Shown: positions 53,219 through 63,760, numbered from the whole stretch's first letter. The stretch is 63,760 nucleotides of DNA, filler included, from Octopus bimaculoides (GCF_001194135.2; 7 parts of 7 records of this genome joined end to end with filler, not necessarily neighbours in it); one strand, 5' to 3'. The notes: generated from the sequence alone by a model not told the origin. Made by a program: numbers and translations.

Positions 53219-53376
53219 TTCTTCTTCTTCTTCTTCTTCTTCTTCTTCTTCTTCTTCTTCTTCTTCTTCTTCTTCTTCTTCTTCTTCTTCTTCTTCTTCT
53301 TCTTCTTCTTCTTCTTCTTCTTCTTCTTCTTCTTCTTCTTCTTCTTCTTCTTCTTCTTCTTCTTCTTCTTCTTCTT
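53219..53376. repeat. (TTC)n/(GAA)n microsatellite, about 52 units
   Basis: Direct reading. Confidence 0.95.
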
Positions 53377-53399
53377 TCTCCTCCTCCTCTTCCTCTCCT

Positions 53400-54300
53400 G
53401 CTGTACGTTCATTCCGAATGTGGCCCAAATCGCCACAATGAAAACATCGGGGCTTTCAGCCCTCCACAAAGACTATGAGGGCCGCCTCCCCTATTTTAAT
53501 TTTCTCTGGAATATCTTCCAGGATTTTGGACTCCGCTTGTATCGAAATGTTGACAGTTTGTACAGTCCAGTTTGCTTTCTTTGTGGCTGAAGCCTGGAGG
53601 AGCGTAATCTTCTCCTCCTGGTTCATTATCACAGCCACCACCAGCCACATAGGATAAATCTCTGGAGGAAACCTCCCGATTCTTATCCTTGATGTCCTCG
53701 TCCCCATGTACATGGAGATGAGCACCACATCTGTTTTCAGCGTTTCCACTGAGGGTTGCCTTGCCTTCTCTTCATTTCTCATCCTCACCTCTACCGTTTC
53801 AAATTTCTGTCCTCTTGTGATGTAATCAATATCACTCCAAATGGCTTTCAAACATTTTCCTTCTATCTCTTCGGATATTTCATCAATTTTGTGACTTTTT
53901 TAAATTATAGATTTTGTAAATTATTACCTTTTTCTTTTCTTGTAGTAGTCTCTCAGGGGATTGCACTTTTGCCACGTTTCCATCTTTTTCTATTATTTCG
54001 TTGTACTTCCTTATATCATTTTTATTTGTTGAGAGTTGCCGAGTTCTACCCCCGGCTGCTAATGCAAAACTCTTCTTCTCTTCATTATTCTTTTCTTTTT
54101 GTACACTTGGTACGTCAATTATTCTTTTCGACATTATATTTGACTTTTCTTTTGTGGTGCCAGACGGCAGACTTGGAAATTATTCCTCTGTATCTGAAGG
54201 AGATCCTTCAGCTGCACTTGATACGTCTTCAAACATATTTCCTTTTGGCTTATCGCCACATGACATTTCTATTTTTCCGACCACAATAATTGTAATTATT
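53400..54300 (-). mobile_element. Decayed gag-like ORF1 of a retroelement (RRM-like region plus CCHC knuckle)
   Basis: RTSRIRIGRFPPEI, ALIVFVEGxKPRCFHCGDLGHIRNER (last knuckle Cys lost) and upstream SFALAAG. Abuts a long (GAA)n tract. Confidence 0.6.
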
Positions 54301-54649
54301 ATTCCCCCCCCCCCGACGAGAGAATGAATAACAAATGCATTTAACAAGCAATACACAGTTTATGGTAACAATTAAACAATGTTAATAATTGCCGCAAGGC
54401 AGTATAACAAATTTAAACAACAAATTTAACCAATTAATCAATCTCTAACTCACCAACTGCACGACAAGAATCAATGTGTGATCCATTAATTCTTTATTGT
54501 CCGCAGAGGGGACAACACAAAAACATGTGGGGACACATAACACGAAAACAAATAAAATTAAAAATTAAAATAAAACGTATGATAATATGAATGATAACAT
54601 GGAAATGATAATGAAAATGTGCTGCTTGCTCCACGTCAAGCAACATCAC

Positions 54650-55582
54650 TTTGCAGTGTGGGATCGCGCATTGTCCTGATGAAACATTAGTCCTTTTCGA
54701 TTCACTAAAGCCGGTCTTTTTTTTCTTCAAAGGTTGGTTCAAACGCTCTAATTGCTGACAGTAGACTTGAGCATTGATTGTTGCATTAGGTGGTAAAATT
54801 CAAAGTCAATTATTCCTTTGCAATCCACCAGATAGAGAGAAGAACCGTTTTTTCCATGAAGTTCCATTCTCGGTTGTGGTTGAGCTTTTTCCCTTTTACC
54901 AAGCCACTGTTTACGACGTTTAATATTTCGATAGAAGATCCATTTTTGTCACCAGTCACATGTCTATAAAAAAAAGGGTGAAATGAGTTCGTGAGAATGG
55001 AGAGAAGAGCAGATGTCAACTCGGGATTTGCTGTTGCTTTCGGACAATTCATGAGGCACCCATTTTCCAAATTTAGGAACTTTTCCAAGTTGTTGAAGAA
55101 GACGATGAACAGTTGTATGGTTTGAACTAAGCNNNNNNNNNNNNNNNNNNNNNNNNNNNNNNNNNNNNNNNNNNNNNNNNNNNNNTATCATCAAACTCAA
55201 CTGGACATCCTGTTCGATCTTCATCTTCAAGGCTGAAATCTCCACTTCTGAATTTTGCAAACCATCTTCTGCAAGTTCTTTCATTCAAGCATTCTTTCCC
55301 ATAAACTGAGTGTATGTTTCGAGTCGCTTCGGCTGCAGGGTTTCCTTTTTTAACTCATAAAGCATTATGTGCCTTAAATGCTCTTTGGATACTTCCATGT
55401 TAGAAAGGGTTTTAATCAAAGAAATTTTAATTCTATTATTCTGTAAAATAATATTTAATTAGTTTAAATGTACACAAATGCATAAAAATAATTTTTAATT
55501 CCATTAGACATTCTAAAATACTATTAAATTTCATTCAATTTTAAAAAAGGTAAAATCGGACAGAACTTATGAGACCTGATAT
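54650..55582 (-). mobile_element. mariner (Mos1/SETMAR-like) transposon remnant, 3' truncated
   Basis: ATG at 55398: MEVSKEHLRHIMLYE.KKG.PAAEATRNI..VYG...RTCRRWFAKFRSGDFSLEDE.RTG, then WVPHELS, VTGD and FHQDNARSHTAK. Left TIR tcaggtctcataagttctgtccgatttt follows a TA. Confidence 0.9.
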
Positions 55583-56443
55583 AATCATTAAAGTTTGTTT
55601 AAATCTGAAATTATACATTCAAATTATTTAACAATTATTATAATGTAAATATCTAATATTTAGTATACATGCCTTTTGTATTTTTCAATTCAGGAATCCT
55701 ATAAGGCATATTACTGATCAGGTAACGAATATTCTCTTGTTTTGAAGATGTTTTCTTATTCTTTTTACGAAGTGCTCTGTGAATTATGTATTCAATAGGG
55801 TTCATATCCGGTGTCTGGCTTGGCCATCGAAGTGTTTTCCAACCAATCTTTCCCAATCAATTCTTGGGGTTTTTAGCCGTGTGACGAGGAGTTCCATCTT
55901 CCATGAATAAAGTTTTCTTCAATCATTTCACCATTAGGGATTGGAAAGAATCCTTCTGCAATATACACACATATTTATCTGAGTTTATGTTTCCCTCCAC
56001 CAACTCTGATTGATCATTGCTCCCTAGATCATCACAAAATAACTGCCTTGTTTCATTGTTGGCTGCAATCTTTTCATGTCAAATTCTTGATCACAGAATC
56101 TCCAGACCCACACTCGACCAGTGTCAGAAAATACAGCAAATCTGGACTTATCAGAGAATATAACAGTGTCCCAAAATGCTAGCGGCCACTCCATCATCTC
56201 ACTGGCCCAATCTTTCCTTCACTTGATATTAGCTGGTCAAAGAAGTGGCTTCCTTCTTGCAGCTCTGCCATAGTAGCCAAGTTTATGGAGATACCTGACA
56301 GCTGTTCTGGGACTGACATCAACGTGTTCTATGTCAGAGGCCATGCATCGAGGACTATCCTCCACACTTCACTTAACAAAGTAAAGGTTACTGTCAGAGG
56401 GCCTTGATCGAACAGGGCAAGGTGACGTGGACTCTTTCTTCTC
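55583..56443 (-). mobile_element. Second Tc1-family copy, inverted relative to the first
   Basis: WPSQTPDMNPIE...NMPYRI..LKNTKGMYTKY. Collinear at nucleotide level with 43950-44836. Confidence 0.9.
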
Positions 56444-57132
56444 NNNNNNNNNNNNNNNNNNNNNNNNNNNNNNNNNNNNNNNNNNNNNNNNNNNNNNNNN
56501 NNNNNNNNNNNNNNNNNNNNNNNNNNNNNNNNNNNNNNNNNNNNNNNNNNNNNNNNNNNNNNNNNNNNNNNNNNNNNNNNNNNNNNNNNNNNNNNNNNNN
56601 NNNNNNNNNNNNNNNNNNNNNNNNNNNNNNNNNNNNNNNNNNNNNNNNNNNNNNNNNNNNNNNNNNNNNNNNNNNNNNNNNNNNNNNNNNNNNNNNNNNN
56701 NNNNNNNNNNNNNNNNNNNNNNNNNNNNNNNNNNNNNNNNNNNNNNNNNNNNNNNNNNNNNNNNNNNNNNNNNNNNNNNNNNNNNNNNNNNNNNNNNNNN
56801 NNNNNNNNNNNNNNNNNNNNNNNNNNNNNNNNNNNNNNNNNNNNNNNNNNNNNNNNNNNNNNNNNNNNNNNNNNNNNNNNNNNNNNNNNNNNNNNNNNNN
56901 NNNNNNNNNNNNNNNNNNNNNNNNNNNNNNNNNNNNNNNNNNNNNNNNNNNNNNNNNNNNNNNNNNNNNNNNNNNNNNNNNNNNNNNNNNNNNNNNNNNN
57001 NNNNTACACATGTACTCGGGTATATTGAGTACATGAGTACTCAAAATACCCTGTATATTGAGTGAGTACATGAGAGCTCAAAATACTCGCTTACATGAGT
57101 TCATATATATATGCACTCATGTACCAACAAGC

Positions 57133-57176
<44 letters not shown>

Positions 57177-57980
57177 TTAACCCAACACTATTGAAAACTG
57201 AAATGCAGACAAAGAAAGAATAAAACGTACCCCACTAACAAAAGTATGGTATTTCGTAAAGCCAACACCTGTTGCAAATAAATAGAAGGTGTTACATGCT
57301 GGAAAGCAATAACAATATTATTTTGTGTTGAAATGAAAGAGTAGTTATATGGAACTAAATTATACTTAAGTGCACAGAAGAAAAGGACTTTTATTGAAAT
57401 TAAGAAAATTGCACAAGTGCGAACAATTATATCTGCCTGCATGCTGAAATGATATTGCATAAATATATATGTGTGTGTATACGTGTGTAGATGTATGCTA
57501 ATATCGATATATGTGTAAGTGCTAGCGCATATATGTACGTATGTTTCAATGCATGTATACATGTATGTGTGTGTGTGTGTATGTTTGCATGTATGTATCC
57601 ATCTATACACGCATAAACACAAGTGTGCATATCTTTTATCTTTTACTTGTTTTAGGCATCAGACTGAGGCCGTGCTGTGACACCACCTTGAACTTTTAAT
57701 CGAATGAATCGATCCGAGTACTTACATTTTAAAGCCTGGTACTTTTAAGTTACGGAGATATAAACACGCCAACACCGGTTGTCAAGTTGTGGTGGTGGTG
57801 GTAGTGGGACGAACACAGACATCACACACACATACACACATATATACATATACATATACACACACACATTTATATATATANNNNNNNNNNNNNNNNNNNN
57901 NNNNNNNNNNNNNNNNNNNNNNNNTTAATTAATTAANNNNNNNNNNNNNNNNNNNNNNNNNNNNNNNNNNNNNNNNNNNN

Positions 57981-58507
57981 TATTAGCGCTTGCATCTATT
58001 CTAGTAGACTCTCCAGATTTAATTTTTCTTGAGAGGATTTGTCTCTTTTTATAATATTATTGAGTGTGTAGGGGTGGAGAGAGAGATATAGGATACTAAA
58101 AGAGGGTGACGAATGGGGAGAAAGTGAGAGAGAGTGTGTGTTTCTGTTTTTGTGTATGTGTGTGTGCCTCTGTATCTGAAAGGAGTGTCAATGGGAAAGA
58201 GAAGGAAAGAAAGAAGGAAGAGAGAAAGAAGAAAGAAAATTGTGTTTACAGCTGGTCAGTTCTTTCACTCTTCATTCTTTCTTTCCTTCTCTTTCCCATT
58301 GACACTCCTTTCAGATACAGAGGCACACACACATACACAAAAACACACACACACTCTCTCTCACTTTCTCCCCATTTGTCACCCTCTTTTACTATCCTAT
58401 ATCTCTCTCTCCACCCCTACACACTCAATAATACTATAAAAAGAGACAAATCCTCTCAAGAAAAATTAAATCTGGAGAGTCTACTAGAATAGATGCAAGC
58501 GCTAATA
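57981..58507. repeat. About 250-bp near-perfect inverted repeat (fold-back)
   Basis: 57981-58230 is the reverse complement of 58260-58507 with roughly 7 differences and a 29-nt spacer. Confidence 0.95.
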
Positions 58508-58577
58508 TATGATTTTTAAAAACAGGTGACATATTAGTAAATGTACAACCATCCAGATCTCTGAGTACCTTATTATT

Positions 58578-58628
<51 letters not shown>

Positions 58629-58629
<1 letters not shown>

Positions 58630-58698
58630 GAATAAAGAGAAAATGGAGAGATAATTAGTAAAATTTTATCAATTACCTTTCCATTTTCTCTTTATTCT
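58629..58698. repeat. 70-nt hairpin with a perfect 19-bp outer stem
   Basis: agaataaagagaaaatgga / tccattttctctttattct. Confidence 0.8.
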
Positions 58699-58699
58699 T

Positions 58700-59870
58700 T
58701 GTCATATATTTTGCGATGGTTTTCTGTATTGCGTTCAGAAATTGTAGATATGGTGTTTACATCCATTATCGAACCTCTGGCAGCATATTTAATATCAGGC
58801 GCTTTGCTGCAAAAACAAAAGTATTTACCTCTATCATAAGAGACCTTTTGTATGCAGATGATTGTGATTTAGTAGCGCACACAGAGATTGATATGCAACA
58901 CATTTTGAATGCATTCTCTGATGCTTGCACTGCCTTAGGAATGACAGTCAATCTCAAGAAAACCACTGTCATGTACCATCCTGCCCCTGGTAAGCAGTAT
59001 ATTGAACCAAATATCTATGTGTATGGTAGAAGACTTGGTGTAGTCGATCAGTTTGTCTACCTGGAAAGCACTGTTAATAGATACGGCAATTTGGACAATG
59101 AAATTCCATACAGAATTAGGAAAGCAAGTGATGCTTTCGGAAGGCTAGAAAGGCGTCTCTGGGCTCGGCGAGACATATGCAGGAAGACAAAGATAAAGGT
59201 GTACAAGGCGTGAGTACTCTCTTCTCTTCTTTATTCCTGCGAGACCTGAGTCACATATCATTACCACCTTAAACAACTGGAACATTTCCATCAGATGTGT
59301 CTCAGACGGATCTATGGCATTAAGTGGGAGGACCGCATCAGTGATCTTGAGATATTGGAAAACTCTCGGTGTGAAAGTTTAGAAGCTCTTGTGTTGAAGC
59401 AAAGGCTCAGATGGAGTGGTCATCTGGTCAGGATGAAAGATTCAAGGATGCCAAAACAACTCTTTTATGAAGAGTTAGCTAAAGGAGAATGACCTCCACA
59501 TAAGCCAACAAAGAGGTATAAAGGCTTGCTGAAGGTTTCCTTGAGAGATGCTAGCATCTCTCCTGACACATGGGAGGGCATAGCTATTGACCGTAGCAGG
59601 TGGAGAAGGATTGTGCATGAGGGGAAAGCTACTTTTGAGAAACCTTGAGTTGCGCATGAGAAAGTAAGGAGGGATGTCAGGAAGGACATCGTTGTTGCAC
59701 TTCCAGACAGTAAGGGTCTTCCTATGACGCTGACATGCAGTGTCTGTGCAAGACACTGCCCCAGTAAAGTTGGTCTCAAGTGTCATCTTCATATTCATAT
59801 CTGTGAAGCATGTGGAAGGGAGTGTGATTTGGCGGGAGGACTTAAACGGGATGCAAAGGTACATGAAGCC
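58700..59870 (+). mobile_element. 5'-truncated RTE-clade LINE (RT C-terminal half plus C2H2-like tail)
   Basis: IRDLLYADDCDLVAH, VNLKKTTVM, RIRKASDAFGRL, RLRWSGHLVRM..SRMPKQLFY.EL and DRSRWR; several in-frame stops. Confidence 0.9.
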
Positions 59871-60121
59871 AATTACAACAACAGCCAGCTATTGCCAGTA
59901 AAGGTTTTAGCTGCCAATTCCGTATATATGTATATATATGTGGATATGTATATGTGTATATACACATATACATATATGTGTATATATATATGTATATATA
60001 TATGTATATGTATATATATGTNNNNNNNNNNNNNNNNNNNNNNNNNNNNNNNNNNNNNNNNNNNNNNNNNNNNNNNNNNNNNNNNNNNNNNNNNNNNNNN
60101 NNNNNNNNNNNNNNNNNNNNN

Positions 60122-60596
60122 ATTTATTTCCTTGGTAAAGCCGTGTACTTTGTTCATTCCTGTCAGGTATTTTAACCAGAAGTTGGGGATCTTGTCATGC
60201 CTAGGTGCCTTCCAGTTGCTTAGTCTTTGCAGTGCCTGGCTGACCTCTTCAGTTGTTATAGGGAAGCAGAGTTGCTCAGGTGCTAAGTTCGTTGTTTTAA
60301 TAGTCCATTCTGAGGTTGCTCCTTCACCGACCATATTTCTTTCCAAAATTCTTCCACTTCTTCTGCTGTTGGTGCTGCAGTAATGTCTATTTTATTTTTT
60401 CCCAGTTCTTGGTAGAATTTTTGGGGGTTGGATTTGAACTGTTTGTTTTGTTCAAAGAAACGTTGGCATTTCTCATACCAGCGGATCCTTTGTGCTTTGG
60501 CAAGGATATCTTGCTTTAGCTTTTCTTTTGCCTCAGGTAAATCTTTTTCTGTAATGTTGTATTTGTAGAATATTTTTGTTTTCTTCTTGTTACTTA
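60122..60596 (-). mobile_element. R4/Dong-type LINE fragment (pre-RT region)
   Basis: KLKQDILAKAQRIRWYEK..RFFEQNKQFKSNPQKFYQEL and NWKAPRHDKIPNFWLKYL. Starts in a (TAA)n tract about 80 bp from the 60676 acceptor. Confidence 0.8.
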
Positions 60597-60675
60597 TTAT
60601 TATTATTATTATTATTATCATTATTATTATTATTATTATCATCATTATTATTGTTAATTTTTCTATATTTTGCAG

Positions 60676-62286
60676 AGACCCGAATCGGAATTGCGGTTTG
60701 ACAATAGGGCAGCACAAGGAGAGCCATCAAATAGAATAGCCGAAACTATGATTGAGAACAGTCGGAATTTCCCCTCTTCTGGAAATACTGCATTTCTCGT
60801 GCCTTCCATTTCAGCCACTCCAATGCCACCATCATTGACATCATTTTCTCAGTCACAGTCTATGACAGCACCCCTTCTTACAACATCATCTATCGATGGA
60901 GCCCTGTCCTATTCAGACAACAAACACCACCCTTACCCTCCGATACCTCTTAGACAAAGAGACTTACCAGCTTCCTTTTGGCAGGAGCCAAACTCACAAA
61001 CCAGGCAACGCTGTCTTGACCACTTAGCAGCAGCTGCTGCTGGACTATCTCATACCTCTCTCCAATCTCGTTCTTCCACACTTTCAGGATCTTCTCAATT
61101 AGCATCAAATTCTTTCCTGTCTTCATCTCCAATGTCTTCCAGTAACTCTCATTTCCTCCCCTTCCTTGCACTCTATCCAGATCTTATGTTGTCCAACACT
61201 GCTTTTAATCGTTATGTGCGCCGACCCTCTCAGCTGAATCCAGCAGGAGATCTTGCATCATCAACTCCCTTGAATAGACTCAAGGGTGGAACTTTAAACA
61301 GTAGCATTGGTGATGCTGTCCAACAGAATGGAAGATTAAATCCATACAGTGCTCAAAGGACTCAGTCACGTTTCCCAATTACAGAATATCTTTACAATAT
61401 GTACGGTTCTAAATATCGCTATGCAAACCCTGTTGTTTTACAACAAACTCCACCACTTTCTGAGAAAACCTGGGATGATGTACGTATCAAAATGATTGAA
61501 GCTAATAGCAGGAGTAATACTCACCACTCCACTGAAGCCAATGAGAAGTTAAACTCTAATAAAAACTCTAAACATGACGACATAGTAAACAACCCTATTA
61601 ACAGCCAAATATATTTGAAACGGAGGGCTTCTGATAACCACATCAAGTCATTGGATGACAGCGTTCTGCCATTATTGTCTTTGCAGTCATTGCAAACTTC
61701 ATCCTCCTCTTCCTCTCCAACTGATAAAAATGCTACTATTAAAACAGCTGGCACTGCTCTCTCTGAGAGAGCTGCTGACTTTAGTTTGCGGCTGTCAGAC
61801 TGTTATAAATCATCAACCAAACATTCGCCCCATTCTCGCCTTTCTGATGGCATGCTCTTTGATAATTCTGTAAATGACAGTGACCAGCTGAACAATGCTC
61901 GATGCGTCTGCTGTGATGTTCTGAAAGATTCCTGTCCAAATCAACCGAAAAGAAACAACAGTAACAGCCTTAGCCAGACCAATAATGGAACATCTGTGAG
62001 CACAGCCACAAATGACAATGCTACTCTTGCTACCACTAATAATTCCTCAAATCCTGGTGAACTTGGCTTTCTTCCATATTTCCAGGTTTTCCCCCACCTG
62101 TGGCCACCATTTCCTCCCCCTCTACCTCCTTCAGCAAGTCTATCTTTAGCAGCAACAGCTACAGCCAGGGAAAGATATCTTCCAGATAATATATATGCCT
62201 ACAGTAATCAAGAACGTAGCATCCGTTTAATGAGGCCCAGAAGCACTCTAGGAGCTCGCTACCATCCATTTGGTGATGTTCGTTAA
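60676..62286 (+). CDS. Terminal coding exon of a putative TEAD/Scalloped cofactor (FAM181/PERCC1/YAP-type omega-loop protein), otherwise low-complexity and probably disordered
   Basis: 536 uninterrupted sense codons of non-repetitive sequence ending in TAA at 62284-62286. Preceded by a pyrimidine-rich acceptor (ttttctatattttgcag|AGA, phase 0). Contains PLRQRDLPASFWQEP. First in-frame ATG inside the exon is at 60748. Confidence 0.85.
   Translation, partial: RPESELRFDNRAAQGEPSNRIAETMIENSRNFPSSGNTAFLVPSISATPMPPSLTSFSQSQSMTAPLLTTSSIDGALSYSDNKHHPYPPIPLRQRDLPASFWQEPNSQTRQRCLDHLAAAAAGLSHTSLQSRSSTLSGSSQLASNSFLSSSPMSSSNSHFLPFLALYPDLMLSNTAFNRYVRRPSQLNPAGDLASSTPLNRLKGGTLNSSIGDAVQQNGRLNPYSAQRTQSRFPITEYLYNMYGSKYRYANPVVLQQTPPLSEKTWDDVRIKMIEANSRSNTHHSTEANEKLNSNKNSKHDDIVNNPINSQIYLKRRASDNHIKSLDDSVLPLLSLQSLQTSSSSSSPTDKNATIKTAGTALSERAADFSLRLSDCYKSSTKHSPHSRLSDGMLFDNSVNDSDQLNNARCVCCDVLKDSCPNQPKRNNSNSLSQTNNGTSVSTATNDNATLATTNNSSNPGELGFLPYFQVFPHLWPPFPPPLPPSASLSLAATATARERYLPDNIYAYSNQERSIRLMRPRSTLGARYHPFGDVR
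60946..60990 (+). other. TEAD-binding omega-loop motif (PLRQRDLPASFWQEP)
   Basis: Aligns without gaps to YAP PMRLRKLPDSFFKPP and FAM181A PMRKRQLPASFWEEP (both recalled). The equivalents of YAP M86, R89, L91, P92, S94, F95, F96 and P99 are conserved or conservatively substituted. Confidence 0.8.
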
Positions 62287-63760
62287 GACAAATTATATTT
62301 ATAAGATAACAAATCGATATATGTGTGTAGGTGTGTGTTTGTGTGGTTGCCTCTNNNNNNNNNNNNNNNNNNNNNNNNNNNNNNNNNNNNNNNNNNNNTT
62401 AATTAATTAANNNNNNNNNNNNNNNNNNNNNNNNNNNNNNNNNNNNNNNNNNNNATATATATATACACGCGCAAGCGTGTGTCTCTCTTTGTGCTTGTTC
62501 TGCACCTGCACCATTACTTGATAACCGGTGTTCGTTTATTTACAAACACATAATTTATCAGTTAGGCAAAAGAGAACGATAGAATAAGCACCAAATTTAG
62601 AAAAAAATAACACCAAGTATTGGAGTCGATTTGTTTGAGTACATTTTTAAAGGTGGTGCATCAGCATGGCCGCAGTCCAACGACCGAAACTCGATAAATG
62701 ACAAAAGATAAAAGATAAAAGCTGATATTTCAATAACAGGATCATTAACTGGAACGAAAGTTTGATAAGCTTTTCTAAAAAAAAATTTTACCATTATTTC
62801 TTTAGACTGGCATCGTATTGCTTCGTCAGTTCTTCCCTGTCACCACCGCAGAACGCTATCTTATAAAACCACCACACGGCATTGTCACACGAGGTCAGAC
62901 GCAATTGTGTCGTTGACTTTTCTCAATAAAAATCCATTCCTGCGGGAAGTACATAGACAGATTCCAATTATTGAGTTCCACTGTTTGCAGAGCCATCGTC
63001 TTATCTTTCATGACGCATCATCTATTCTCGTGTTGGACACTTCACACGTTTTTAGTTAAAATCTCGTGGGAAAACATTTAATCTGACGTGAGGTCACGCC
63101 TTGTCCACGAGACTGTTGCAAGTTTTTGCAAGTTTGCCCTGCACGCATTAGAGTTTCGTTTTCTCTTGTTTTCATAGAAGAGGAACATTAAGCCAACATG
63201 GAAGAAATATCATACAAAGAAAACATTGTAATGAAAAAAGGAAAAAAAAAAAACGAAAGTAAATGAGTGAATGAATAAAAAACAAAAAAGAAAGAGCCAG
63301 GAAAATACACCCCAAAAAACAAACGAAAAAAACAAATCAAAGATCTGAAGGAGTGTCTAGAATGAAAGAAGGTTATCAAAGACTCTGTGCACTATAGCGT
63401 AGTATGATGTATTTGGCAGACGTACATTAATATAAATTGCCTTAAAGGTTAAAAAATAGACAACTACCGCTTAAACGCAAATTCTGGGTTAAAAATGCGA
63501 CTGTTTCCAAATAGGTATTGAGTATTTAACATAGATTAGCAGCAGCAGAAGCAGCAGTAGTAACAGCAGCATATTGTGGTTGAGTTGATAGTGAGAGTAC
63601 ATATGTAAATACAAGTAAGAGTAACAATATATTTGTATGTATATACATCAGACACAACAATATAAATACATATATATATACTCTATACTAAAGGCACAAG
63701 CCTGAAGTTTTAGGGGAGGGAGACTAGTCGATCACATCGACCCCAGTGCGTAACTGTTAC

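Noticed and set aside
62800-63160. Possible DNA-transposon remnant in the 3' flank
   Set aside because: It looks repeat-like, but no transposase motif or TIR could be read with confidence.

Overview
AT-rich, microsatellite-saturated eukaryotic draft-assembly DNA with many N-gaps. The repeat landscape looks like an Octopus genome (inference; not verified by search). There is one convincing host coding exon: a 1.6-kb terminal exon at 60676-62286 (+). It encodes a low-complexity Ser/Pro/Asn-rich protein carrying PLRQRDLPASFWQEP, a near-perfect match to the TEAD-binding omega-loop of YAP/TAZ, FAM181A/B and PERCC1. Two phase-compatible candidate upstream exons end at 35921 and 41405. Most of the remainder is intronic or upstream sequence filled with decayed mobile DNA: at least four tRNA-type or other SINE families, many R4/Dong-type LINE fragments sitting in (TAA)n tracts, an RTE LINE, two Penelope-like (PLE) fragments, two Tc1 copies, a mariner nested in one of them, a gag-like ORF1 and MITEs. 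The most unexpected signals are short (TA)n-flanked elements carrying minimal type I hammerhead ribozyme folds with non-canonical cores, plus several long fold-back hairpins. Nearly all other ORFs in the supplied track are microsatellite or N-gap artefacts. Repeat boundaries are approximate (read by eye).
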